A stretch of 64,000 bases of DNA from Camelus dromedarius (Eukaryota), in the NCBI RefSeq assembly GCF_036321535.1, contig NC_087436.1, forward strand, positions 91,762,001 to 91,826,000, written 5' to 3'. Under the pieces are notes generated by a model. It was not told the origin of the DNA, ran no database searches, and saw nothing but the letters and a program-made list of their open reading frames with translations. This document shows, in pieces, positions 49,030-61,050 of this stretch (positions are counted from its first letter, which is position 1; the number at the start of each line of letters is the position of its first letter). The translations under genes were made by a program, and so were the position numbers.

Positions 49030-49410
49030 GTTTGTGAAGAGTGTATAAGAGAAGAAATGAGAAATGAGTTTAGAAAGATAAGCAGAATTGTATCATGAGC
49101 TATTTGGAAGCTTGCATGTTAATCCTGTAGGTAATGGAAAGTCTTAAAATTGTTTTAAACAGAGGACTCACTGCTCATATTTGTATTTTGGAGAATTGTA
49201 CCTTGTGTCAGTGTGAAGAATGGTTTACTGGGGCAAAACTGAAGTTGGGAAGCCTTCAGAGATGTGTGTTATAAGTGAAGACTGAGAAGGGACTGGACTG
49301 AAACAGTGAGATCCAGGAGTGAGAAAGGCGACCTATTTGCTTTTCTTATAGGAAAGAAAATTAACAGGGCTTAGTCACAGCTTGAAGAAGTGTTGAGGAG
49401 GAAGAAAGAA
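49030..49410 (-). mobile_element. L2 LINE fragment
   Basis: ATCCTGTAGGTAATGGAAAGTC…TTTTAAACAGAGG…ATTTGTATTTTGGAGAA. Confidence 0.7.
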
Positions 49411-50508
49411 GAGTCTGTCGATGAAAGAGGGAACAAGCTGGCTTGAAGTGTCTCTATAAATCCCCAGAAAGAAGAGATCAGTGATAACCAAAAATAGAAC
49501 AAACATAACAAAGAAAGCTTGGAATCTCACTGAATGATCAATAAAACATTAAGAGGGGGTGTCTAATTATGACCCTTTAGTGATGTCTGTGTACGGAAAC
49601 CAGATTGCAGCAAACTCAAGAGCAAAGAATGGCAGGAAAAGAGAGCAAGACACTAATGGAGCCATAGTTACATGAAGTTTGATCATAGAAGGAAATAAAG
49701 AATAAAATATCCTCTTAGGGGTTATCAAAGCCCAAGGAAAAGAGATCTTCATTTTTTGTTTGTTTTTGCTTTTGCAGAACATAATGAGATGTATATTTCT
49801 GTGTGAACTCAAAATATAAAGAACGTGTGCATCCTCTGAAGTTTTGGGGGATTAACAGCAAGCTAAATCCTGGCAGAGTTACAAGTGGTGGTATTAGAAA
49901 CTTAGGTAGAGGTGGAAAAGACTGCTGTGGTTTCCAGAAATAATACACCTGGAATAAAATGAAGCTCATTTACTCGTGGTTTGCAAGGCTTTAAATATTT
50001 AGCCCCCGTCAACTAAAATCGTAACTTCTGCTTAAAAAACTAGTCATGAGTGGATTCTTCTTCTATAGGAATATTTTATTTTGATTTTATTCCACTTTCC
50101 CTATTTACTAGTAAAACAGGCAAAAAAGCAAGGTCAGGAATTCACATAGCTAAATTATCATTGCCACTTTAGAACATGCTGTAAATGTTTAAGCCAATTT
50201 TACACACACATGCACACACACATATTTAGAGAGATTTATTTATTTACTTATCTATGTAAATATATTTTGGCCATCCTGAAATAACAGCAGAGAATGATGT
50301 TAACTGAAAATTTCAAATTTATTTATTCAGCAAAGTAAAGGTAGTCAAGCTTAATATTAGTTAAAATACATCTGTGATTAAGGCTGCATACTCAAATTTC
50401 TGATTATTCTTTAATTCTGTGCCATGCGCAGCATGCACATAGCCACTTTAGCCATCTGTCTTTCATATATGTTTCGGGGGCTTTTGTTTTCCAAGAAATA
50501 GTCTAAGA

Positions 50509-50679
50509 CCTTGCTACTCAGTGTGTGTTTCATGGACCTGATGCACTGGTAAAACCAGGAAACTAGTTAGGAATGCAGAACCTCAGTCTCCACCCTAGGG
50601 CTACTGACTCCGAATCTGCATTGGAATAAGATCTCCAGGTGGCTTATATTTCATATACCCTTTAAGCTGAAAGGCACTG
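50509..50679. mobile_element. MER5A-like hAT-Charlie MITE
   Basis: GCTACTCA-GTGTG…CATGGACC…GTTAGGAATGCAGAACCTCAG…CTACTGA…GAATCTGCATT…AAGATCTCCAGGTG…GCACTG. Confidence 0.88.
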
Positions 50680-51245
50680 ATCCAAAATAAAACACTCATT
50701 ATTTAGGGCAATACAGTACTAACTGCACTGCAGAAGCAGAAGGAAAGCCACCAGAGCTTTCTGCAGTCCTCTTCACATTGATTTAGTAAGATGTACACCA
50801 TCTAAAATTGTAATGTTAATGGGAGACTATTTGCTTCCAATCTAATAGCTCAGTTATGATTTCATAAGCTTTCATACAGGAAAGAGCATTACTCAATTTT
50901 AACACCATACTGAGTACAAATTCCTAAAAAAAATCCCTTTGTATACATATTAATTCAAATTAAAATTTGAAACTAGCATCACTGGAAAAGTTTAACTCTC
51001 CCTTTGGAAATTTTACATTCCTGTAATTAAATATTAGAAAATAGATTTGTTTAAAAGATTCAAATAGAGTTAACATGTGACATAATTTGAAATAAAGTTA
51101 ACATATGAAACATTTGATGAATGAGGATCTAGCCTAGTATATCACACAATCCTTAATTTGTACACATGTAGTCAAAGAAGTTTATTGGAGTGATGCACTA
51201 ATTCTCCTGACTCAGCTCTGCCAGATTTGAAATTTTAAAAAATGA

Positions 51246-51632
51246 AGAGAAGAGAGTCAAGATGGTGGAGTAGAGAGACTCACAGCTCACCCTCTCCCAC
51301 AGATATACCAAGAATTACATCTACAAACCCATTGAACCGCACAAAACACCTACTGAACTCTGGCAGAGTGTCTCTCATTTCAAAATAGAGGGAGATTCTC
51401 ACAAAATTCGGTAAACAACAAGTTTATACTGTACAGCACAGGGAACTATATTCAGTATCTCGTAGTAACTTATGGTTAAAAAGAATATGAAAACAAATAT
51501 ATGTATGTTCCTATAGTACTGAAGTGTTGTGCTATACACCAGAAATTGACACATTGTAAACTGATAATACTTCAACTAAAATTTTTCCAAATTTTTAAAA
51601 TAAAATAAGTAAATAAATGAAAATAAAAAATG
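51246..51632 (+). mobile_element. Mini-L1: L1 5'UTR start (~165 bp) fused directly to the L1 3' end and A-rich tail
   Basis: AGAGTCAAGATGGTGGAGTAG…AGCTCACCCTCTCCCACA…CACCTACTGAAC (L1 5' terminus), joined at 51410/51411 to TAAACAACAAGTTTATACTGTACAGCACAGGGAACTATATTC…TACTTCAA; TSD-like AAAAATGA on both sides. Confidence 0.8.
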
Positions 51633-51666
51633 AAAAATGACTCCTGCTAAAAATAGTTTGAGACCT

Positions 51667-52115
51667 GTATTCATCATGTTTTGCTGGAAGACAAACAATA
51701 TCAAAATCTCAGTGGCTTACAACAAACATATTCTCATGCCTCCAGACATGCAGGTGGCTGCAGGGCCATTGATCTAGGCTAGGCATGTTTGGGACAGGTT
51801 AGACTCCAGGCTTCCTCTCGGGGTCAGGTCTCCTCCATCTGTCTTCATTCTGGGACTCAGGCTGAAACAGCTATTGCCAAATGTTCTTCTATTCACAAGT
51901 GGCAGAAGCACAGGAGTTTATGTGAAAGTTCAGGATGCTTCTTAAGCCTGCACACTATCTCCATCCACATTCCGTTGACCAAAGTGAGTTGTTTCACCCA
52001 TCCCCAAATCAAAGAAGCAGGAATGTATGCCCCACCCACAGTAAAAGGCACTATAAATTTACATGGCAAAGAATGTGGGCGCCTAATTCCAGCACACAGA
52101 GGAAGTGCATTGGCC
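51667..52115 (-). mobile_element. MaLR LTR (old MLT1J/K-like)
   Basis: AAAATCTCAGTGGCTTACAACAAAC…TCATTCTGGGACTCAGGCTGAA…CCACATTCCGTTGACCAAAG…ACATGGCAAAG. Confidence 0.75.
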
Positions 52116-54424
52116 CATCAATACTGGAACAATTAGCTTTAAACTTTCATTTAGTTTTGACACGGCTTATGTGCCCTGCTCTCCTATAAGCTTTTTGAAA
52201 CCAAGATCATTGTAAGCATCCTATTCCAACCTTCCCTAATCCCCTCAAAAACTAGGGATTAAATCTGTTTTGTTGAATGCATTTGAGAAACAAATTTAAA
52301 AGGAAAATAAATCGGTCAATTCTTAAAACAACTAAGAATGGAACACAAGGTTTAAAGCTTCCAAGTTTACTCTTCAAGCTAAGTAATCATCTACAGAACA
52401 AAGTCGTCCCCAGTTTGGGGGTTTTTTTCTCATTTCAATGTTCTTCATAAGAATTTCTACATCTGCAGAGAGTTTTCCCTTAATTATTTATCTTATTATT
52501 TTGAGAATTTGTATCAATTAATTCACTTATATAAAATGGACCAATTACAACTACAACCTCTTTATATGGTGTTGGCAGAATTAAACAAGCAAGTAAAGAA
52601 TTTAGTATAGTACCATGTACTTAATGAACATTCAAAAGCTGGCAGTCTTCACCCTTTTCCAAAGTTTACATTTTTATTTAGCAATAAATTTCCATTTGAA
52701 CTTAACAATATTTTCTAATGGAATATCACAATATTTTCCATTGGAAATAATATTTCCAATAGCTGGTCACTAGAATTCTGGTACTATTTCTGCCTGCCTT
52801 CTATATTGCCTTTGTATATTCAGATTGCAAGAGACCTATGTAACTTGAATATATCATTTTACAGATAAAGAAACATACCAGAAAATGGCAGGGTATTGTT
52901 TAAAACCAATCAGAAGATAAGCATTGGGATTAGGGCCAGAAATTCGGCGCTCTAACTGCTAGTTCAGTGTTTGCTTGTTTCTTTTACTAGGCTGCATGGG
53001 CAGTAAATGTATGTTGCCATTACCTTTCCCCAAGCTCATACCCAAAATGCCAAAGGAATACACTTAATTATCTAATACTTTCATTTCCTATCCCCCAAAC
53101 TTATACCCATTTAAGACCCTGTTGTTTGAGGATTCACTCTTTATAGGCTCTACTCTAGATTTCTTAGAGGGCAGCAAGTGGAGCTGAGTTTTTCACTAAG
53201 TCTGGTTGTGTGCTAATGGCCATCTGTGATCAACCCTCAAGCAGAGGCTAATGAGAAGAACTGTAGGACCACGCTGGCGCCTCTGTCAACGTGCTGTGAG
53301 ACCCAAGCACAGCATGGACGCGTTGGACCACGCAGTGCCTAGCTCCTCTGTGTTGTTCATCATGGAGAGAAACTGGAAAATTTGGCTTGTTGGCAATAAT
53401 ATAAGTAATTATATTTGGGGGGGGGTGGTAACGTCTCCTTTATCTTTGTTTAAATAAGTGGAAATAAATAGACATCAGCACCATCTAGCACATCTGTTTG
53501 GCATGTATTCTTGAAGCCATTGCTATAGAGTATGAGTTCCGCTTGAGCATTCATTTGTCCCAAAGGATTTTTAATTATGAAATGTCCAACTGTAACTTAA
53601 TATTTTAAAATTACAGGCACTAATTCTCCTGATGTTCAATTAATTCCTTCTTTTAGATCATCTGTGCTGCTGAACACTTGTTCACTTCCTAAGAATGACT
53701 ATTTAGAAATGGAATATTACAACCATGACAGTGATTTAACTCAAAGAAATCTCAGGATAAAATCTGTTTAATCTTATATTAGTGTTGGTTAATGAAAATC
53801 GATTTTTATAAACTTAAAATGTAAAATCCTTAGGAGATTGTCTGCAGTTATTTGTAGGAATCAATGGATTTAGGCAAATTCCATAGCAGAATGTTGTCTT
53901 TATATAGAATTTATAGGATTACAACCTTTTGCATAGCTTAAGTTACAATTTTTTTACATGATGTAACATTCAAATAGCGCCCCCAACAGACGGTCTAAGC
54001 TGAAGATGTACTAAATCTTCACCAACTCACGGCTTTGGCAATGATTGTAACAAAGCAGTTGGTACAGAAAAGTCAGGCAATCTGAGTTTTGTGGTTCATA
54101 TTTTTACTTAATTTTATGACTTACATAGTTTAGGAAGAAGCATTTCTTTCACCTTTTCTCTGTAAGATACAGTTAATGATTAATAAAATCTGAAATAAAA
54201 GTGGCCCATTGCTTTCTTGTATAGAGATTTTATGGGGCGAGACGGGACATTGATCATTTTAACTTCCTCCCTAAGATGGCATGTGACATTCACCCACCTT
54301 TGGATTTGCCACACACAAAAAGAAAATCAGTATTGTGTCACCGAGGGCAATGCCCTATAGCACGGATGGGAGGAACTATGGTAGCCCGCACACATGTACC
54401 ATATATCACCTTTAAAAAAAGAAA

Positions 54425-54620
54425 TTTTATTGAAGTAGAGTTGATTTACAATGTTAGTTTCAGGTGTATAGCAAGGTGATTCAGTTATACATACATATCT
54501 ATTTTCCCTTCAGATTCTTTTCCAGTGTATGTTATTACAAGAAATTGAATATTGTTCCCTGTGCTATACAGCAGGTCCTTGTTGTTTATCTATTTTACAT
54601 ATAGAAATGTGTCTGTTAAT
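54425..54620 (-). mobile_element. L1 3' end (cetartiodactyl-type)
   Basis: TTTTATTGAAGTAGAGTTGATTTACAATGTT…GTGATTCAGTTATACAT…TTCCCTGTGCTATACAGCAGGTCCTTGTTGTTTATCTATTTTA. Confidence 0.92.
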
Positions 54621-55818
54621 TGCTTTGATATCAAAGAGGGCAGATGCAAAGAAACGAATTAACTAAAACAGAGCACAAGACGTGAGCGTGTGTGCTTGTG
54701 AGCATGTGTGCATGTGTCTGTTCGTGTCTGTGTGTGGGCATGTGCATGGTGCAGTGGACCAGAAAATTTCTTTAACTATCAAAAGAGAAAAGGATAAAAA
54801 GGAACAGAGTTATGTCAGTGATTTTGCTGGCTGAATGCTTTCCTGTGGGAGGGGAAAAATCAAGAATAAAGACAGAGCTTGGCATGCCGGTCTGTTCTGA
54901 CTTTTTTTTTAAGCTAGGATTTAAGATTTACTTTTACAAAAGCAAGTTGACAAATATTAAAATGTGATACTTGTATTTTGAACATTATAATAGAAAACAC
55001 AGAACATCCAATGTTAAACACTGATCTGCCATTCCTGACTTGGATTTATATAATGAGTATTTTATATTTTACAGAAAGGAACTTTCAAAGTTTTATCAAT
55101 GCTTACAGTATGTACTATTATTTCTCATCAACATCTCTGAAACCTAAAAGGCTGATATTACGAGTAGTTATTTTTCTTGAATATTCTAAAACATGCCAGT
55201 TTCGGATTAGCCGTCAGATTTTCTGGCCTGTTCTGACGTGGCCTTCAGAATAAAGCTAAACTCCTTAGCAAGGCTCAAAATAGATGTAATTCTCTGGTCA
55301 TAACCAGCTCTAATCTCCATGAACCATGGTGCCTCCACCGCCCCTTTTTGGATGTTAGCACACTTTAGTATCTGCAGGTAAACTGAGTGTTGGACCTGAT
55401 AAAATCTTATGTCTGTTTTTGTGGGATTAATCTTTTAATACCATGCATGCTGACTTGATTCTGCCTTGGATGAGTCCCAGATCTCGATTAACCACCATTC
55501 CCCTCCACCGATGTTCCTTGGTCCTAGCTCACATGACCTCCAGTCTTTCCGGCTATTGAAAACCTCCATATTCCTTGTGAGGTCACCCAGCCTTTCCAGT
55601 TTCCCATCTCCAGCTATCCTGGAATTTTAGGCATAACATTCCTCTTCATCATGTTACACCTTCTTCCAGGACAATCTCCTGCCGTCCTTTACCCTAGATT
55701 CCCAGCAGACACAAGGGGTGTCTCATGAGCCCTAAGCAAGTTGTGCTGTCTCGCTTCCCTTTGCTCAAGTTATGTCTTCTGAAGGAAGAAAAGAAGAAAT
55801 CTCTGGCCTCTCACCTCT

Positions 55819-55820
<2 letters not shown>

Positions 55821-55858
<38 letters not shown>
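55821..55858. repeat. (AC)19 perfect microsatellite
   Basis: Seen directly. Confidence 0.98.
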
Positions 55859-55860
<2 letters not shown>

Positions 55861-57548
55861 GCCCTTCTCCATCAGGCAAAATCTTATTCAAACTACAAAA
55901 CGCGGTAAAAATTATGCCTCCGAACTGGACCATCCCCTCCTATGCTACCCGATGCTGAGCATCCTGAGAGAACTACTTCCTCCTCTCTCTATGTTTTTCT
56001 AGTGTTTTGTTCTTGCTATTAACATGATACTTATTATTTACTCATCTCTGTATTTCTAGGTACTTTGTTATAAATAAAGCATTTGATAAATACTGTTAAA
56101 ATAATTGGTTAGCCTCTTGCATAACTCTGTAGTTCAGCAAATTTTGAACTTCAACCCCTATTTCTACATGTAAATAGTTTCCACATTTTTAATGTAGTGC
56201 TTTAGACCAAATTTTTTTTTAATTGGAAATGTTAGTAAGATGTAATATAATGTAATAAATATAAGATGAGCTCCGAATAACTGTTCTCACTGAAGTTAAG
56301 AGAGCCTAAATTGTGATCTTACAGTCTTCTCAATATTGGCTCCTATTATTCTGAGTCGTTTCCTTCTCTAGAACTTCAAAGAGAAAAGTGTTTGGACTTT
56401 TCCTTTATCTACTTGCTTTCTAATAGTTCTGAAATCCTAGCACCTGCATATGTCCCTCCAGAGTCCGAGGTAGTGTCCTAAAGTAATGACACACCTTCCC
56501 TCACAGAAGTGCCAAGAGGACAATTTTGCTCCTTTTCTCTCTTAGCTACCAACGAAAATACAGGGGCAATTGAGGAAAGACAAAGATAATTCTTCTTTTC
56601 CTTCCTTCATTAATTATCAGGTGCTTATTTAATCCTGAATTTTTCACTACGTGTTTTCATTTTTGTTTGCTCGTTTTATTCTGAGTTAATCCAGTATGAA
56701 ACATCCCTTTCCTGCAGGAATTTTTGCTCAATTTTTACCACCTTAGGTCTAAAACCTTACACTTCACTTATTCTTGATATTCTACTTTATTCATTGTCCA
56801 TTCTCCAATTTGGGGACTCATTTTGCTTCTTTGAAATACATATATGTCCCTACCTATCCCTCTATCTATCATCTATCTATTATACCAGTTACCTGCTTGA
56901 TATCTTGATATTAACTACCCTTTCACCATAGTTTATTTATCATACATTGCCTGTCTGGGTAGGCTACACGGAGTACCTTCTTTTGGCAACATCCTGCCAT
57001 GATTATAGTTCTTACCCAATTTCTAATTTCTCAGTTCATCTAAGATTGCTTCTGCATGAACAAAACAAGAAGAGAATAATAAGCAAATTATGCTATAGTG
57101 CTACACTCATCAAAGAAAGTTCTGAACATATTCTTTCCCCAGTTTCCTTTTATGCCACAAATAAAAAGGAGAAAGCTTTCCTACTTTTTCACCTCACTTT
57201 CCTAACCTGAAGCTACTTAGCTTCAACACTCACTCCATGAACCCCTGATCTAGAGCAAGTCACTTCTGCTTTTGCATGAAATATTTCTCTTTCAAAACTT
57301 TTGTGATGAACAAGATGATGTAAATTGGGCAGAGCCTTTACAGAGAACTAACTTTGGGACAAAATTAAACTCAAAATTTAGCATGTTTTATCAGAGGGTC
57401 ACAGAATTTTTAAAAATTCCACGTATCTATAACTCCAAACTGTGACTTCTGTGTGAAAACATCAACACATTCTGAATGCATTTCAGTTGGCTTAGGAAGT
57501 TATTAGGAATGGCAATTCTAAAATTGAAATACAAACCATGTCTAAAGT

Positions 57549-57615
57549 GGGCGGGGTATTGGGGTATAGCATGCTTGAGGTCTTGGGTTCAATCCCCAGT
57601 ACTTCCATTAAAAAG
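57549..57615 (+). mobile_element. Vic-1-like tRNA-derived SINE, internally deleted
   Basis: GGGGTATAGCATGCTTGAGGTCTTGGGTTCAATCCCCAGTACTTCCATTAAAAA with B-box GGTTCAATCC. Confidence 0.8.
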
Positions 57616-58404
57616 CACACTCGTACGCACACAAAAGACTCCAAGGGAAACAAATGCATCTAAGATTGCATCTTCTAATGGGAAGATGACACAGGCTGGA
57701 TCATCCCTGGGCGCTGTTAGGATGTCAATTACAGCACGGTAGTCCGGATGTCTGTCTTGCCATCCAGTAAGTGTTGCTCCCACACCACTCGATGTACAGC
57801 TTCCCGGGGCGCTGTATCTCTCAGGGAATGCTTTTCTCTTTTCTTATGTGAATTCTTCCTCTGACACCCAAGGGCAAACATAGTGCAATATAGCTGCAGT
57901 GTTTTCTCAGTAGCATGAGCATGTTCCAAACCTGACAAGTGAATTTGTTCCTGTGGGGGTAGGCAACAAAGGTGACATTGAAATGTGGCCTGAATGTACT
58001 GGACTAGTTTCCCTGAAGTCTTAGATAGGACTCTAAACAGGAACAATGGGTGGTGAACTATTCTTGTAGGTTTTTTCTGACACTGGTCCAGATTTTCCCT
58101 CTGCCTCATATACCAGACACACATCTTTCTGAGCCTCCAGGACTGTTAGCAGGCACCTTGCCGTTTGGAGGACATTTGGCTTCTGTGTTTTAATACCTGA
58201 GCAAATGTTCAATGTGAACCAACACTTTTATTTCCCTTAGGGAAGTTCTACCCTTTAAAGTGTTTCCAGTTTCCATTTTAGAATATCACAACAATTTTCA
58301 TCATACAATTATGCTTGAAAATGAGCAAGACAATACATGGTAAAGTTTAGACCTAGATTTATCCTTGAAGTTTCAAGTATTAAAAGTATTAAATCACATT
58401 TCTA

Positions 58405-58522
58405 AATATGAAAAGGAATATCTGTATGTACATGTGTGACTGAAGCATTATGCTATATACCAGAAATTGATACAACATTGTAAACTGACTGTACTTTAAT
58501 AAAAAAAATAAAATAAATAAAG
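58405..58522 (+). mobile_element. Short 5'-truncated L1 3' end
   Basis: AATATGAAAAGGAATAT…TGACTGAAGCATTATGCT…CCAGAAATTGATACAACATTGTAAACTGACT plus A tail; TSD TAAATCACATTTCTA (58390-58404) / TAAATTAGATTTCTA (58523-58537). Confidence 0.9.
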
Positions 58523-59299
58523 TAAATTAGATTTCTATTATGTCAAAAAAGAAAATATTTAACTTCCCCTTCACCAAAATAGGGGTAAACTACATACATA
58601 ATTTCTGCCACATTAGTGTAAAGAGATATTTTTAGAAATGTATCTGTTCCTCTCAAAATTATTCTAGGTCAATTCTGAGAAGCGTGTTCTAGGTCCAAGT
58701 TTGCAATTATATCAAACCTAATAAAAATTAAAATGGTTCTGATATGCATTAAATTTTATAATTTTGCTTACCTATCAAATGTTAAATACACATTCCAGAA
58801 ATACAACAGAATGCAATTTTGAAAGCAAACAGATAACAGACTTGGTATTTACTCAAATTTGAATTGAGTTAAAGTTCTTTAATGAATTTATGGAGAAGTT
58901 ATCCATTTTTGTTTTATTTAGCTCGAAGATTCTGATATTGAATCATTCTTTTCTTATAGTCATTCTGTGATTAGTCAACTTCTCTTTTCACACTAAAATG
59001 TCACCTTGTTAAAAAAAATGTTTTATTAAAGAGGTTTGCATAAGAAAACATTGTTTACTCTCCTTATTCTAATATGCACATCACATACCCTACTTAATTT
59101 TGCCTAAGAACAAAGCTTGAAGTTAAAGATAATTTTTTTGTATTGGGAGTATGCAATCAACCTTTCACAATATTCTAGCCTATCTCATTCAAAGGAGATA
59201 AAAAAAAGCATCATGTGAATTCTTTTAGAATTAAAGTTTATGAGAAAACACACAGTTAAGCTTTGTCATCACTGTTTTATGAAGACACAGATCACGAGA

Positions 59300-59500
59300 C
59301 AACGTGGTATAATTTTTAAGAACAAATATGCATTGGAGCCAGAGTTATAATAATCCAGCTCCACAGTTGATAGCTATGTGATCGTAGCTAAATCACTTAG
59401 CTATTCTGTATCACCATTTTCTTATCTGTAAAATGGGAAAGAAATATAGCTACTTGGCATAGAGTAAGTATTCAACAATATTGCTATTAACTTTACTATC
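59300..59500 (+). mobile_element. MIR SINE
   Basis: TTGGAGCCAGA…AATCCAGCTCCAC…TAGCTATGTGA…AAATCACTTA…TTCTTATCTGTAAAATGGG. Confidence 0.85.
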
Positions 59501-60840
59501 ATCAATATTACAATCCAAGCATTTTTTATTACAACCAAAGTAGAAGAAATACTTTATGAGGCAGAAGAAAAGATGCAAACATAATTTGAAAATGTTTATC
59601 GACAATAAAAGTATGTGAAAAATTTAATTACACAGAAAGTTGAGAGTATAATTTGGGCAAAATAGGTTATTGTAAAAAATAAAATGATTTGTCACCCATA
59701 TAAGGTCCTTGAGCTCTCTCTATAAAATATAAGAACTCAAAAGGTAAATAAAGATTAATTATAGTCCATGATAAATTCCATTGTATTTCACTGAGCCAAG
59801 GCTGGTAGATATTGCCAATCATGTAAGCATTTTCATAAGGTTAAAAATACCGATATTTCCCTTTATCAGGAGAGAACCCAAGATATGTTGAGTATATCAA
59901 ATATTACAAATCAATTTTGGGAGGAAAGGTAAGAGATTCCAGGGTGTTTACAGTATGTATTTTCATTATATTACATTACTTCTTAACAATCATTGAAGCA
60001 AAATATTTGGCTTTTAGTACCTATTCATAGTACCATTAACAATGAAATGTTTCAAAATTTGATTGAAACTATGCTAGGACAGCAGCATTTGGAAAAATGT
60101 TTATCACAAATGATACATGGACTAAACCATGCAGTCACTGGTTTACAGATATTTAATTTCAGACTGACTTGTGGTAACAGTAACCAACATGTTTATTGAA
60201 GTTTTTTAAGTGCATATAACTGAATTACTTTATTTAATAACAATATAGTGGTTCACTTTCGTTTCCAGTGAGGAGAGTGACTAAAGGAAAGAAAGTGCAT
60301 GTGTTTTGCTAAAATGAATTCAAACCACAGAAAGGGAATCTTAAAGGTAGGATTAAGCATTCCCCACAAAAGTAAACAATATTATTATCCTCATCTGAAA
60401 ATTAAGAATTCCTGCCTTAAGGATATTTAGTAATATATTTGGATCACCCAGTACATGGAAGAGATAAGACTCAAAGCAAAGTGTTTGTTTCTAATCCAAA
60501 TAAAAACATTATAAGTACTATACTATATGGCTCTCCTAGACACAAACCATTTTTAAAAGCCATCTACTTAGCAATACAATTTGCTAGATAATATGAATGC
60601 TTTACAGATCAAGCACTGCTTCTTTGCTCCAGAAACTTACAGCCACCTAAAATTTGAAGGATTAGAAGAGGTACATTGGGCTTTTGCAGCTCTGAATTTG
60701 TAAAGAGTAACAGGTAGCTGGTAGAATTGCCCATGCTCCAAACCTCCATTAGATTTCTGCCCTTCAACTTCCCAACGAGAAATCCCAACCTTAGTGTTAA
60801 CTTCCTGTTGACTAGAATAAGCCTCAGAAAATAGGTGTTG

Positions 60841-60994
60841 TATTTTTCTTTCTCTATCTGGCTTGCTTCACTTAGAATGACAATTATGGTGAAAAAGAAT
60901 ATGAAAATGAATATATGTATGTTCATGTATGACTGAAGCATTATGCTGTACACCAAATATTGACACAACATTGTAAACTGACTATACTTCAATA

Positions 60995-61043
<49 letters not shown>

Positions 61044-61050
61044 GAAAGAA
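60841..61050 (+). mobile_element. 5'-inverted (twin-primed) short L1
   Basis: Antisense L1 piece 60841-~60884, then sense 3' end ~60885-60995 and a (TA)n/A tail; TSD AAAATAGGTGTTG (60828-60840) / AAAATTGGTGTTG (61051-61063). Confidence 0.88.
61004..61039. repeat. (TA)n microsatellite in L1 tail
   Basis: Seen directly. Confidence 0.97.

Noticed and set aside
57549..57615. tRNA gene (B-box GGTTCAATCC)
   Set aside because: No complete cloverleaf; it matches a tRNA-derived SINE head with an A tail.
57589..58124. Protein-looking minus-strand ORFs (64 and 131 aa) with local CpGs
   Set aside because: No recognisable homology, one runs into a SINE, and there is no convincing exon boundary pair.
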